A program made the translations under genes and the position numbers. From an uncultured euryarchaeote (GTDB lineage: Archaea; Thermoplasmatota; Poseidoniia; Poseidoniales; Poseidoniaceae), in contig CALBRH010000055.1 of NCBI GenBank assembly GCA_937899865.1, positions 21,356-85,355 of the forward strand: a DNA stretch of 64,000 nucleotides, read 5' to 3'. The notes below the pieces were generated by a model, which was not told the origin of the DNA, did not search any database, and worked only from the letters and a program-made list of their open reading frames with translations. Below are positions 19,169-27,739 of the stretch, in pieces. Each line of letters starts with the position of its first letter. The stretch's first letter is position 1.

Positions 19169-19780
19169 GTGTTAGGTGAAGACATGGGTTTGTTCGGAGA
19201 TTTTCTTGATTTAATTGGCTTAGGAGGAATTACTGGAGTTGATGTTCTATTTGCTGCAATGGCGATTGTAGGAACATTTTTGTTCATAATTTACTTTCTA
19301 CTAATCTTGATCGGTGATTTCACAGGTGGGATGTTTGACTTCGAAATGGATGCAGATGGAATTTTCCATCTATTTACAATCCAAGGTTTACTTAGTTTCA
19401 TAATGATGTTTGGTATTTTTGGACTATCCGTTTCACAGGCTGATCAAAATGCCTTCATAGCAATCATTGCTGGAACGATTGCTGGAACCTTTTCTATGTA
19501 TATAGTTGGCAAGGTATTCCAAATGATGGCGAGTTTGGAGAAGGACAATACTGTTGAGCATGCACAAGCAATTGGCGCAAGAGGCACAGTATACCGAACC
19601 ATACATCCAGGAAAGATGGGAGAAGTACAGGTTGAATACCAAGGTGCACTCCGAACAGAGTCAGCTGTAGCAAAAGATGAAACTTTGAAACTTGAAACTG
19701 GTAAATTCGTTGAAGTTGTTGATGTAATAACTGAAAGATTGATTGTTATCCCACTAGATATCAATGGAAATGACGAATGA
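19169..19780 (+). CDS. NfeD-like C-terminal OB-fold membrane protein (YqiJ/YuaF-like)
   Basis: N-terminal TMs, FHLFTIQGLLSFIMMFG, IGARGTVYRTIHPGKMGEVQV...GKFVEVVDV; directly upstream of a flotillin. Confidence 0.85.
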   Translation: MLGEDMGLFGDFLDLIGLGGITGVDVLFAAMAIVGTFLFIIYFLLILIGDFTGGMFDFEMDADGIFHLFTIQGLLSFIMMFGIFGLSVSQADQNAFIAIIAGTIAGTFSMYIVGKVFQMMASLEKDNTVEHAQAIGARGTVYRTIHPGKMGEVQVEYQGALRTESAVAKDETLKLETGKFVEVVDVITERLIVIPLDINGNDE

Positions 19781-19846
19781 TTTGGCTAAATTTCGCGCAA
19801 ATAATGTGGGGTGAATCCTCTTATAGGGGTTTGATTTGGTAATGCC

Positions 19847-21232
19847 ATGGTCGCAGAAGCGTTAGCATTGATTGGAATTGCATTATTGGTATTTGTACTG
19901 TTAGTAACTATTTATGTTGCAACATCTAGATATAAATTAGCCCCATCAGATCAAATCCTTGTAGTATATGGTAATGTCAAGGACAAAGGTTCAGCCGCTT
20001 GTTATCACGGTGGTGGTAAAATTGTTTGGCCTTTGATACAACATTTTGCCTATCTTGATTTGAAACCAATGACCATTTCAATTGACTTGGAACACGCTCT
20101 ATCTCAACAAAACATCAGAATTAATGTACCATCTACCTTTACCATCGGTATCTCAACTCAACCATCTGTAATGCAAAATGCAGCAGAGCGTCTTCTTGGA
20201 TTAGGACAAGCCCAAATTGAAGACATGGCAAAAGAAATCATCTTTGGTCAACTACGTTTGACTGTTGCATCTTTGACCATTGAGCAAATCAACCAAGACA
20301 GAGAAGCGTTCTTGGAAAGAGTTTCAACCAACGTGGATACTGAATTGCACAAGATTGGTCTTTACCTAATCAACGTTAACATCACTGATATTACTGATGA
20401 AGCCGACTATATCGCATCTATCGGTGCTAAGGCTGCTGCAGTTGCTATTGCAGATGCTACCGTCGACAGAGCAGAGGCTGCTCGTGATGGTGCTGTAGGT
20501 AAGGCTGCTGCTGACAGAGATCGAGAGATTGAAGTCGCTAAGGCAGAAGCTGAAGCATCCAAGGGTCAAAAAGCTGCAGAAGCAGATAAGCGTGTTTTCG
20601 TACAACAACAAGAAGCATTAGCGGTTGAGGGTGAAAACGTATCACGTGCTGACATTGCAGCATACAATGCTGATTTAGCAGAGAAAGAAGCAGAAGCACT
20701 ACAACGTTCTGAAGTTGCTAAGCGTAAGGCTCAATCGGAAATTGAAAGAGCCCAGTATGAACTTGAGGGTGAAAGACTCCGTGCTGAAGAAATTGCTCGT
20801 GAAGAAGTATCTAAGCAACAAATCGAGATTGCTGCAGAAGCAGAGGCTGAGCGCCAACGCAGAATTGCTAAGGGTCAAGCAGACGCTATCCTTGCTCGCT
20901 ATAACGCTGAAGCGGAAGGTACCAAAGCAGTTCTTGAAGCAAAGGCTGCTGGTTATCAATCACTGGTCAAGAGTGCAGGTGGCGATGCAAAGGCAGCTGC
21001 TACACTACTAATGGTTGAGAAGATTGAAGAAATCGTTGCTCGCCAAACTGAGGCTATCTCCAACCTAAAGATAGACAAGATTACCGTTTGGGATTCAGGC
21101 AATGGTGGCGAAGGTGGCAGTACTGCAAACTTCGTCTCTTCCCTAATCAAGTCTCTACCGCCAGTGCACGATGTTGCTAAGATGGCTGGTGTTGACTTGC
21201 CTGACTACCTTGGTAGCATGAAAGAAGAGTGA
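19847..21232 (+). CDS. Flotillin / SPFH (band 7) domain protein
   Basis: N-terminal TM, RYKLAPSDQILVVYG, ALSQQNIRINVPSTFTIGIS, GQLRLTVASLTIEQINQDRE, long AEA-rich coiled coil, IDKITVWDSG. Confidence 0.95.
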   Translation: MVAEALALIGIALLVFVLLVTIYVATSRYKLAPSDQILVVYGNVKDKGSAACYHGGGKIVWPLIQHFAYLDLKPMTISIDLEHALSQQNIRINVPSTFTIGISTQPSVMQNAAERLLGLGQAQIEDMAKEIIFGQLRLTVASLTIEQINQDREAFLERVSTNVDTELHKIGLYLINVNITDITDEADYIASIGAKAAAVAIADATVDRAEAARDGAVGKAAADRDREIEVAKAEAEASKGQKAAEADKRVFVQQQEALAVEGENVSRADIAAYNADLAEKEAEALQRSEVAKRKAQSEIERAQYELEGERLRAEEIAREEVSKQQIEIAAEAEAERQRRIAKGQADAILARYNAEAEGTKAVLEAKAAGYQSLVKSAGGDAKAAATLLMVEKIEEIVARQTEAISNLKIDKITVWDSGNGGEGGSTANFVSSLIKSLPPVHDVAKMAGVDLPDYLGSMKEE

Positions 21233-21321
21233 ATCGGGTATTGGCCAAAGGTGGGCTAATTGCCCAACATAGTGTCGAATAGACCGTATGCTTCAAAGAC
21301 TAAAGCACATGCACTTCGGAT

Positions 21322-23037
21322 ATGCCTACCGATCTCGAGATTGCTAATGCAGCTACTCTTGAACCAATTGAAGCGATAGCCTGGAAATTAGGAATCTCTT
21401 CAACTGAGATTATGCCGATGGGTCGCAATGTAGCAAAAATCACTTGGGATGCTTTGAAATCAAGAATGAATAAGCCCCAAGGTAGTCTTGTACTGGTAAC
21501 CTCTGTTAACCCTACACCATTTGGTGAAGGAAAAACTGTTACAACAATCGGGCTGACTCAGGCATTATGCCGTATTGGTCAATCTGCAACTTGTGTAATT
21601 AGAGAACCATCAATGGGCCCAGTATTTGGGATTAAAGGCGGTGCTGCTGGCGGAGGATATTCTCAGGTTCTACCAATGGAAGATATCAATTTACACTTTA
21701 CAGGAGATTTACATGCAGTAACTTCAGCACACAATCTACTATCTGCATTGATAGATAACCACATTAAACATGGTAATGAGTGCAGATTAGATTCTACAAA
21801 AATTAGTTGGCCAAGAGTCATTGATATGAATGATAGAGCACTTCGAGATGTCGTCATTGGAATGGGTGGACCAGCAAATGGCCACCTAAGACAAGACCGT
21901 TTTGATATTACAGCTGCTAGTGAAGTTATGGCAATACTAGTTCTGGCTGCTGATTATGCTGATCTAAAGAAGCGCCTTGGCGAGATTGTAATCGGTCAAT
22001 CACTTGATGGAAATCCTGTCAAAGTTTCAGAGATTGACGCACAGGGTGCAATGTCATTGCTTTTGAGAAATGCATTCTTACCAAACCTAGTCCAAACTTT
22101 GGAAGGCAATCCTGCTTTCATTCATGGCGGACCATTTGCTAATATTGCTCACGGCAATTCAAGTATTATTGCTGATAAATTAGCGCTTAGTGCAGCGGAT
22201 ATCGTAGTTACTGAAGCCGGATTTGGCTCTGACATGGGTGCAGAGAAATTTATGCATATCAAAGCAGCAACTTCTGGTAAAGGTCCCGACTGTGTGGTAA
22301 TGAATGTCACTATTCGTTCAATGAAGTTGCACGGTGGCGCTTTCGGTAGCCGAGGTGGATACCGTCCAAGCAAAGAAGAACTTGAAACGGAAAATGTTGA
22401 TGCTGTTGCTACTGGTGCTGCTACAAACCTTGACCGTCATATCCGTAATATGGCAGGTTTTGGAGTTCCAGTTATTGTCTCAATAAACAAATTCACTTCT
22501 GATACCGACGCTGAAATAAAGGTTCTTTCTGATGCTGCTCATGCCAGTGGAGCAATAGCAGTAACTATCACTGAAGTTCACGCTAAAGGCGGTGAAGGTG
22601 GTGAAGATTTGGCTAAGGCAGTTGTAAAAGCAGTACAAGACCATGTGGCTGCAGGTAGACCATTCACTCCATTATTTGTCAACGATGCTCCTGTCATGGA
22701 TAAAATCACAGCTATCGCTACAAGAATGTACAAAGCAAAAGATGTTTATTTGGAAACTACTGCTAAAAAACAACTGGAGAAGATTGTCTCTTGGGGCTAT
22801 GGAAACCTACCAGTTTGTATGGCCAAAACACAGTATTCATTCTCACATGATGCAAGTAAATTAGGCGCTCCAAGTGATTTCACATTACCAATTAGAGAAT
22901 TTAGATTAAATTCTGGTGCTGGATTTATTGTTGCAGTACTTGGCAACATGATGACAATGCCTGGCTTACCCAAGCGCCCTGCAGCAATCGACATGGATAT
23001 GGACGATGACGGACACCAGACTGGTGTCTTCGGGTGA
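21322..23037 (+). CDS. fhs: Formate--tetrahydrofolate ligase
   Basis: PTPFGEGKTVT, REPSMGPVFGIKGGAAGGGYSQV, INLHFTGDLHA, HGGPFANIAHG, TEAGFGSDMGAEKF, CMAKTQYSFSHD, MTMPGLP. Confidence 0.98.
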   Translation: MPTDLEIANAATLEPIEAIAWKLGISSTEIMPMGRNVAKITWDALKSRMNKPQGSLVLVTSVNPTPFGEGKTVTTIGLTQALCRIGQSATCVIREPSMGPVFGIKGGAAGGGYSQVLPMEDINLHFTGDLHAVTSAHNLLSALIDNHIKHGNECRLDSTKISWPRVIDMNDRALRDVVIGMGGPANGHLRQDRFDITAASEVMAILVLAADYADLKKRLGEIVIGQSLDGNPVKVSEIDAQGAMSLLLRNAFLPNLVQTLEGNPAFIHGGPFANIAHGNSSIIADKLALSAADIVVTEAGFGSDMGAEKFMHIKAATSGKGPDCVVMNVTIRSMKLHGGAFGSRGGYRPSKEELETENVDAVATGAATNLDRHIRNMAGFGVPVIVSINKFTSDTDAEIKVLSDAAHASGAIAVTITEVHAKGGEGGEDLAKAVVKAVQDHVAAGRPFTPLFVNDAPVMDKITAIATRMYKAKDVYLETTAKKQLEKIVSWGYGNLPVCMAKTQYSFSHDASKLGAPSDFTLPIREFRLNSGAGFIVAVLGNMMTMPGLPKRPAAIDMDMDDDGHQTGVFG

Positions 23038-23041
23038 GTTA

Positions 23042-24106
23042 ATGCAGATTTTGAAACGCGAATCGATGCTTTGGCGATTGCGTATAAACACAGATGATGA
23101 CCTATGGTCACTAGCAAGATTAGCACGTAAAGGCATGTCACTTGCTATGCTCGGTGAACGTCGAGACCAAACTACTGGAGGCGAAGAAGGTGGAAGAGCA
23201 AAGTCTGCTGAACGGAAAAGAATGTGGATCAAATTGCGCATTGAAACTACTGAATATCAATCATTTAGTGAATTTCTTCGTGTTCATGGAATAATTGAAG
23301 AAGCAAAATTTGACATTGGGAGCCATCACACTCACAATATTACTACTGGTGACGAGATAGAATTAACTTGTCTAACACCCTTTTTAGAAACCGATAATCA
23401 ATTACTTAAGCAAGCCATTGAGGCTGCAAAACAAGTACAAATCGCACTCATTGTAGTGGAGAATGATGAAGTAATACTATTCCATATAACGCCTCGAGGT
23501 CTTAGAGAATCGACTACTTGGACAATGCGAGGTGGTGGAAAACGAGTTGATATTAGAGAATCAACTGGTGTTGCTAAGGGTTTTCGTGAAAAGGTAATCA
23601 GCGAATTAACTGCATCACTGGATGATGAAACACCACTGATTTTGTGTGGTCCTGGCCATGCTAGAGAGATCTTGTTGAACGAATTAAAAGCATCTGGCCA
23701 AACTAGATTTATGTCATCTTTGGCTACTTCGATGTCAGGAAGAGCTGGTGCTAACGAAGTTTTGCGAGAAGGATTAGCTGGAAACTTGCTAGAAGATTAT
23801 GCAATTTCCAAAGAGATTGCCCTTCTTGAAGAAGCATGGAAACGAATCTCAACTAATGGAAATATTGCTTATGGCAAGCAAGAACTAAACAGAGCACTCA
23901 ATGAAGGAGCAATAGAAACATTGCTGATTTCTGCTGACTTATTACGCGATGAAGAGTCTACTATCAATGGGCTTAGTTGGCAAAACTGGTGCCAAAAATT
24001 AACTGAATTTGGTGGAGAAATGGTTCAATGCTCAACCGACCATGATTCCGGACAGCAATTGCTTGGTATTGGTGGAGCAATTGCCTTATTACGGTTCAAA
24101 ATTTAG
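23042..24106 (+). CDS. pelA: Pelota/Dom34 ribosome rescue factor
   Basis: DDDLWSLARL, ERKRMWIKLRIE, LRVHGII, GSHHTHNI, AYGKQE...GAIETLLIS, GGAIALLRFKI. GGTGA SD-like element overlapping the fhs stop favours ATG 23042. Confidence 0.93.
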   Translation: MQILKRESMLWRLRINTDDDLWSLARLARKGMSLAMLGERRDQTTGGEEGGRAKSAERKRMWIKLRIETTEYQSFSEFLRVHGIIEEAKFDIGSHHTHNITTGDEIELTCLTPFLETDNQLLKQAIEAAKQVQIALIVVENDEVILFHITPRGLRESTTWTMRGGGKRVDIRESTGVAKGFREKVISELTASLDDETPLILCGPGHAREILLNELKASGQTRFMSSLATSMSGRAGANEVLREGLAGNLLEDYAISKEIALLEEAWKRISTNGNIAYGKQELNRALNEGAIETLLISADLLRDEESTINGLSWQNWCQKLTEFGGEMVQCSTDHDSGQQLLGIGGAIALLRFKI

Positions 24107-24114
24107 GTGTTAAT

Positions 24115-24432
24115 GTGAAGATTGTACACTTTTCTGAATTTCAAAAGGTTGAGGATTTAGCAATCCTTGATGGTGCCAGGTGGTTATTGATTAATCATCA
24201 AGACTTAGATGACGCTGCTGCTGTAATATTTCACAGTGAGTTACTCGATATCTTAGTAGGTGTAGATCACAGAGGTGCCAAAATTAGCGATGGCTTGTGG
24301 CAAAGAGCGGTCCATCTTATCCTAGTTGATGGTAACTTTGAACAGGCTACTGAAGAGGAATTGTGCCAAAGAACCGGGATAACAAAAGTTATTGTTGATG
24401 CTTTAGATGATATTGAATCATATTGCTATTAG
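24115..24432 (+). CDS. Hypothetical protein
   Basis: 105-aa ORF (GTG start) 8 nt after the pelota stop, ending next to tRNA-Val. Confidence 0.65.
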   Translation: MKIVHFSEFQKVEDLAILDGARWLLINHQDLDDAAAVIFHSELLDILVGVDHRGAKISDGLWQRAVHLILVDGNFEQATEEELCQRTGITKVIVDALDDIESYCY

Positions 24433-24434
24433 TA

Positions 24435-24511
24435 TGGTGGGTCCGGAGGGAATTGAACCCTCGATCTTCGCCTTGTAAGGGCGACGTCATAAACCCCTAG
24501 ACCACAGACCC
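24435..24511 (-). tRNA. tRNA-Val(TAC)
   Basis: Reverse complement GGGTCTG...TCGCC-CTTACAA-GGCGA...GAGGGTTCAATTCCCTC-CGGACCC-ACCA; all stems pair. Confidence 0.96.
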
Positions 24512-24589
24512 AGCCTTCCGTGTGGACTCTCATTATTGAATGCAACGCATGCGTTAACCTCAAAACCAAGTGACTCGACGGGGTATTGA

Positions 24590-25276
24590 ATGGATGAAGA
24601 TATCCAAGCAGCGGCAGCCAGGCTGGTTAGACGGCTGAAAGAAGGTGGTCACACTATTACTGTGGCGGAATCATGCACTGGTGGCTTACTTGCCAGTGCG
24701 TTTACCGATATTGCAGGTGCAAGTAATTGGTTTAACCAGTCTTGGGTAACATATTCCAATGATGCAAAAGTGTCTGAACTAAATGTGGAACAAGAGACTT
24801 TGGAAAAGCATGGTGCTGTTTCGGCTAAAGTAGCTATTGAAATGGCTAAAGGTGCTCTTGAACAATCTAATGCAGATATGGCTATCTCAATTACTGGTAT
24901 CGCTGGACCTGGTAACGATAGTACAACCAAGAAAGTCGGTACGGTTTATGTCGGAATCGCTTCAAATACTTGGGCAAATGCGGTATCTACTCAAATTGGA
25001 GGTAATCGTTCAGAAAACAAAATTGGTTTTGTTCACTTCGCGTTATTGTCTGCAATCGAACTTTGGGATGATGCAATGGAAAAGGCAGAGGCAAATCGTA
25101 AGAAATTAGCCGAAATTGAAGCGGAAAAGGAACAGGCAAGAGCCGCTTTTGAAGTTGAACGTGCTAAGCGAGAAGCTGCAGCAAAGCAATCTGCACCTTG
25201 GCAAGATGAATCATGGAGTGGAGATTTACCAGAAGGTGAGGATGAATCAATTGGTGAAGAAGTAGAGTGGAATTAA
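24590..25276 (+). CDS. cinA: CinA C-terminal domain protein / NMN deamidase (PncC-like) with a charged C-terminal tail
   Basis: TVAESCTGG, GASNWF, VTYSNDAK, HGAVS, SITGIAGP, VGTVYVG. Confidence 0.9.
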   Translation: MDEDIQAAAARLVRRLKEGGHTITVAESCTGGLLASAFTDIAGASNWFNQSWVTYSNDAKVSELNVEQETLEKHGAVSAKVAIEMAKGALEQSNADMAISITGIAGPGNDSTTKKVGTVYVGIASNTWANAVSTQIGGNRSENKIGFVHFALLSAIELWDDAMEKAEANRKKLAEIEAEKEQARAAFEVERAKREAAAKQSAPWQDESWSGDLPEGEDESIGEEVEWN

Positions 25277-25304
25277 ACACAATTTCAACCGATTTGCTTT
25301 TGGA

Positions 25305-26933
25305 GTGACGACTTTACCAAAATCTATGGCAGCGACATCTGAAGATATTGTCAATCTGTTGCGCCAAAGAAGAATCATCGCTTCCAGTCAAATTGTCGAT
25401 AGTTTACGTGAACATTCAGATCCTACTAAGTTATTGGACTTGGGTTCTCAAATCGATTTTCATAGAGGTGTTCTAACCCAAGAAATATTTGAAAAATTAA
25501 CCGCATTATTCCCACAAGATAATCAAAAGACTAATTTGACCTCAACACCAAAACTAAGCTCCAGTGAATCTCCAACTGATTTAGGTAGAATAATTGCACC
25601 AATTGCAGCACCTGAACCATTGGATATTGAATTTAGAAATAATCTACCAGATTGGGACGAATCCGACTATAGTTGTCTAGCAGTAGATGCTCCTACAGAT
25701 ATCACTGTTCACTATGACATTACTGGAAAGAGTACAACTGAAGGAAAAATGAACGATATTACTGCATGTTTCTCAGATAGATTGAACAAGATTAGGGAAA
25801 TGATTGTCAAAAACTCAAAATTACCACGCCGACCTACTGAAGTATCTCGTCTATTAAGAGAGAAACATAGGTACCAAGGTTATGATAACAAAGCCGTAGC
25901 AATTGGTTTAGTTAACGAACCAAGATATACCAAAAACGGACATCTAATGTGGAGTTTAGAGGATGAAACCGGTGAATTACGGTGCATGTTATACAAACCT
26001 AATAGTGAAAATCGTGATAAACATCAAGAGCAAATAATAGAGGCTGGATTAATGCCAGATGACGTAATTGGGGTATCTGGAAACTTCAATCAATCTGGAG
26101 AAATATTTGTCGTTGATGACTTGCATTTCCCAATGAAGGAGAGACATCAAAAAGCGTCCTCACCATTTGGCATTAGTGTCGCATTTTTATCTGATGTACA
26201 TGTTGGTTCGAAGACCTTCTTAGAGGCTCAATGGCACAAAATGGTTAGATGGTTCCATAGTGATCCTTTAGCCAAGACCATCAAGTATCTGGTTTTATCA
26301 GGTGATTGCGTTGATGGAGTAGGAATATATCCAGGTCAAGATAAGGAATTATCAATTCCAGATTTGTTTGCCCAATACTCTGAATTTGCTCGATTGCTGG
26401 AGTTACTACCTGATTGGGTAGAGTGCATAATGTTGCCAGGCAATCACGATGCAGTAAGACCTGCTGAACCTCAGCCAACCTTTGAAAAAGATATTCAGCA
26501 AGATTACAATACAACCACATTTGTTGGTAATCCTTGTGATTTTTCCTTACATGGTGTAAGATTATTATCCTATCATGGTAAATCGATTGATGACTTTGTT
26601 GCCGGTCTCAAAACTGTAACTTATTCAGACCCTGTTGAAGCTATGCGACAAATGCTGAGAAGAAGACATCTTGCTCCTCAATGGGGGGGTAAAACCCCAT
26701 TATCTCCAGAACCTGAAGACGGTTTGGTAATCAATGAAGTACCAGACATATTTGTTACTGGTCACGTTCACGGTCACGCTTGTGTTGATTACAAAGGTAC
26801 AACACTTGTTTGTTCAAGCACTTGGCAAGATCAAACATCATACCAAAGAATGCTAGGTTTCCAACCAAAGCCATGTATGTTGACTATTGTAAATCTACAG
26901 AGCCATGCCACAACTTCAATTCCGTTTGTGTGA
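25305..26933 (+). CDS. polB: DNA polymerase D small subunit DP1 (3'-5' proofreading exonuclease)
   Basis: OB-fold (EDETG) and calcineurin-like phosphoesterase motifs SDVHVGS, SGDCVDGVGIYPGQ, PGNHDA, YHGKSIDD, RRHLAP, TGHVH. Confidence 0.97.
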   Translation: MTTLPKSMAATSEDIVNLLRQRRIIASSQIVDSLREHSDPTKLLDLGSQIDFHRGVLTQEIFEKLTALFPQDNQKTNLTSTPKLSSSESPTDLGRIIAPIAAPEPLDIEFRNNLPDWDESDYSCLAVDAPTDITVHYDITGKSTTEGKMNDITACFSDRLNKIREMIVKNSKLPRRPTEVSRLLREKHRYQGYDNKAVAIGLVNEPRYTKNGHLMWSLEDETGELRCMLYKPNSENRDKHQEQIIEAGLMPDDVIGVSGNFNQSGEIFVVDDLHFPMKERHQKASSPFGISVAFLSDVHVGSKTFLEAQWHKMVRWFHSDPLAKTIKYLVLSGDCVDGVGIYPGQDKELSIPDLFAQYSEFARLLELLPDWVECIMLPGNHDAVRPAEPQPTFEKDIQQDYNTTTFVGNPCDFSLHGVRLLSYHGKSIDDFVAGLKTVTYSDPVEAMRQMLRRRHLAPQWGGKTPLSPEPEDGLVINEVPDIFVTGHVHGHACVDYKGTTLVCSSTWQDQTSYQRMLGFQPKPCMLTIVNLQSHATTSIPFV

Positions 26934-26934
26934 T

Positions 26935-27600
26935 TTAGTTTAGCCCTAAATGTGGCTTAAGTTTGAGTAAATTCTTTTCAAAAACAATAGGAACGCCAGC
27001 ATCTTGGAATGCCGATAAAGATGATTCCCTTGATGGGTTAAAACCGATGAATCGACTTCCTTCGACCTGCATAGAGAGGTCCATTTCAGAGTCTCCAACA
27101 GAAACACAGTCTTTGGCATCAAAACCTTGCATATTGAGTATTTTGTCAATGATTACGTCTTTTTTACTGGCATGTAGGCGACAAATTCCTTCATCAGAAA
27201 GTGTATCATCGTCATTGAACTTGAAACCGTTTGCAATCCAGTCATCGACCTTCAGCATTGCTGCTATTGATGAAACAAATAAATCAACACCTGCACTAAC
27301 TATGGCAACGAATATTCCTGCTTCTTTCAACTCTTGAATCAATTCTTTAGCACCTGGCATTATCTTGACACCAGAATATGAACGAAATAATTCATCTCGA
27401 AAAATCGGATCTTTGATTTCCTTCCACATTTGTATATCTGAACGCATGAATTCAACGTCTGTCAATTCACCATTAATGAAACGCTGCAGATTGAGAGAAT
27501 TATCTGTACCAAAATAATCGTGTAATGTTTTCCAAGAGCTAACTGAGTCAACAAGAACTCCATCACAATCGAACACTACCACTTTTGGTACATCAACCAT
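26935..27600 (-). CDS. HAD-IB family phosphatase (phosphoserine-phosphatase-like)
   Basis: VFDCDGVL, IVSAG, K, VSVGDSEMD motifs I-IV. Confidence 0.88.
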   Translation of the reverse strand: MVDVPKVVVFDCDGVLVDSVSSWKTLHDYFGTDNSLNLQRFINGELTDVEFMRSDIQMWKEIKDPIFRDELFRSYSGVKIMPGAKELIQELKEAGIFVAIVSAGVDLFVSSIAAMLKVDDWIANGFKFNDDDTLSDEGICRLHASKKDVIIDKILNMQGFDAKDCVSVGDSEMDLSMQVEGSRFIGFNPSRESSLSAFQDAGVPIVFEKNLLKLKPHLGLN

Positions 27601-27682
27601 GTACGCTACCAGAAGTTACAATACAAAAACACTCGTCATATACCGCAATAGTTGGCACTGAATAAACGTCAGGTCAAGTACG

Positions 27683-27710
27683 CAGTGAGAGGGCCGAAAC
27701 CCTCCCACTG
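27683..27710 (-). terminator. Stem-loop 29 nt downstream of the giant gene (3' stabiliser/terminator-like)
   Basis: Minus-strand RNA CAGUGGGAGGG-UUUCGG-CCCUCUCACUG: 11-bp stem with one G.U pair; no U-tract follows. Confidence 0.65.
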
Positions 27711-27739
27711 TCGTCTTGTCTTTATCTCTATTAGTCAAT

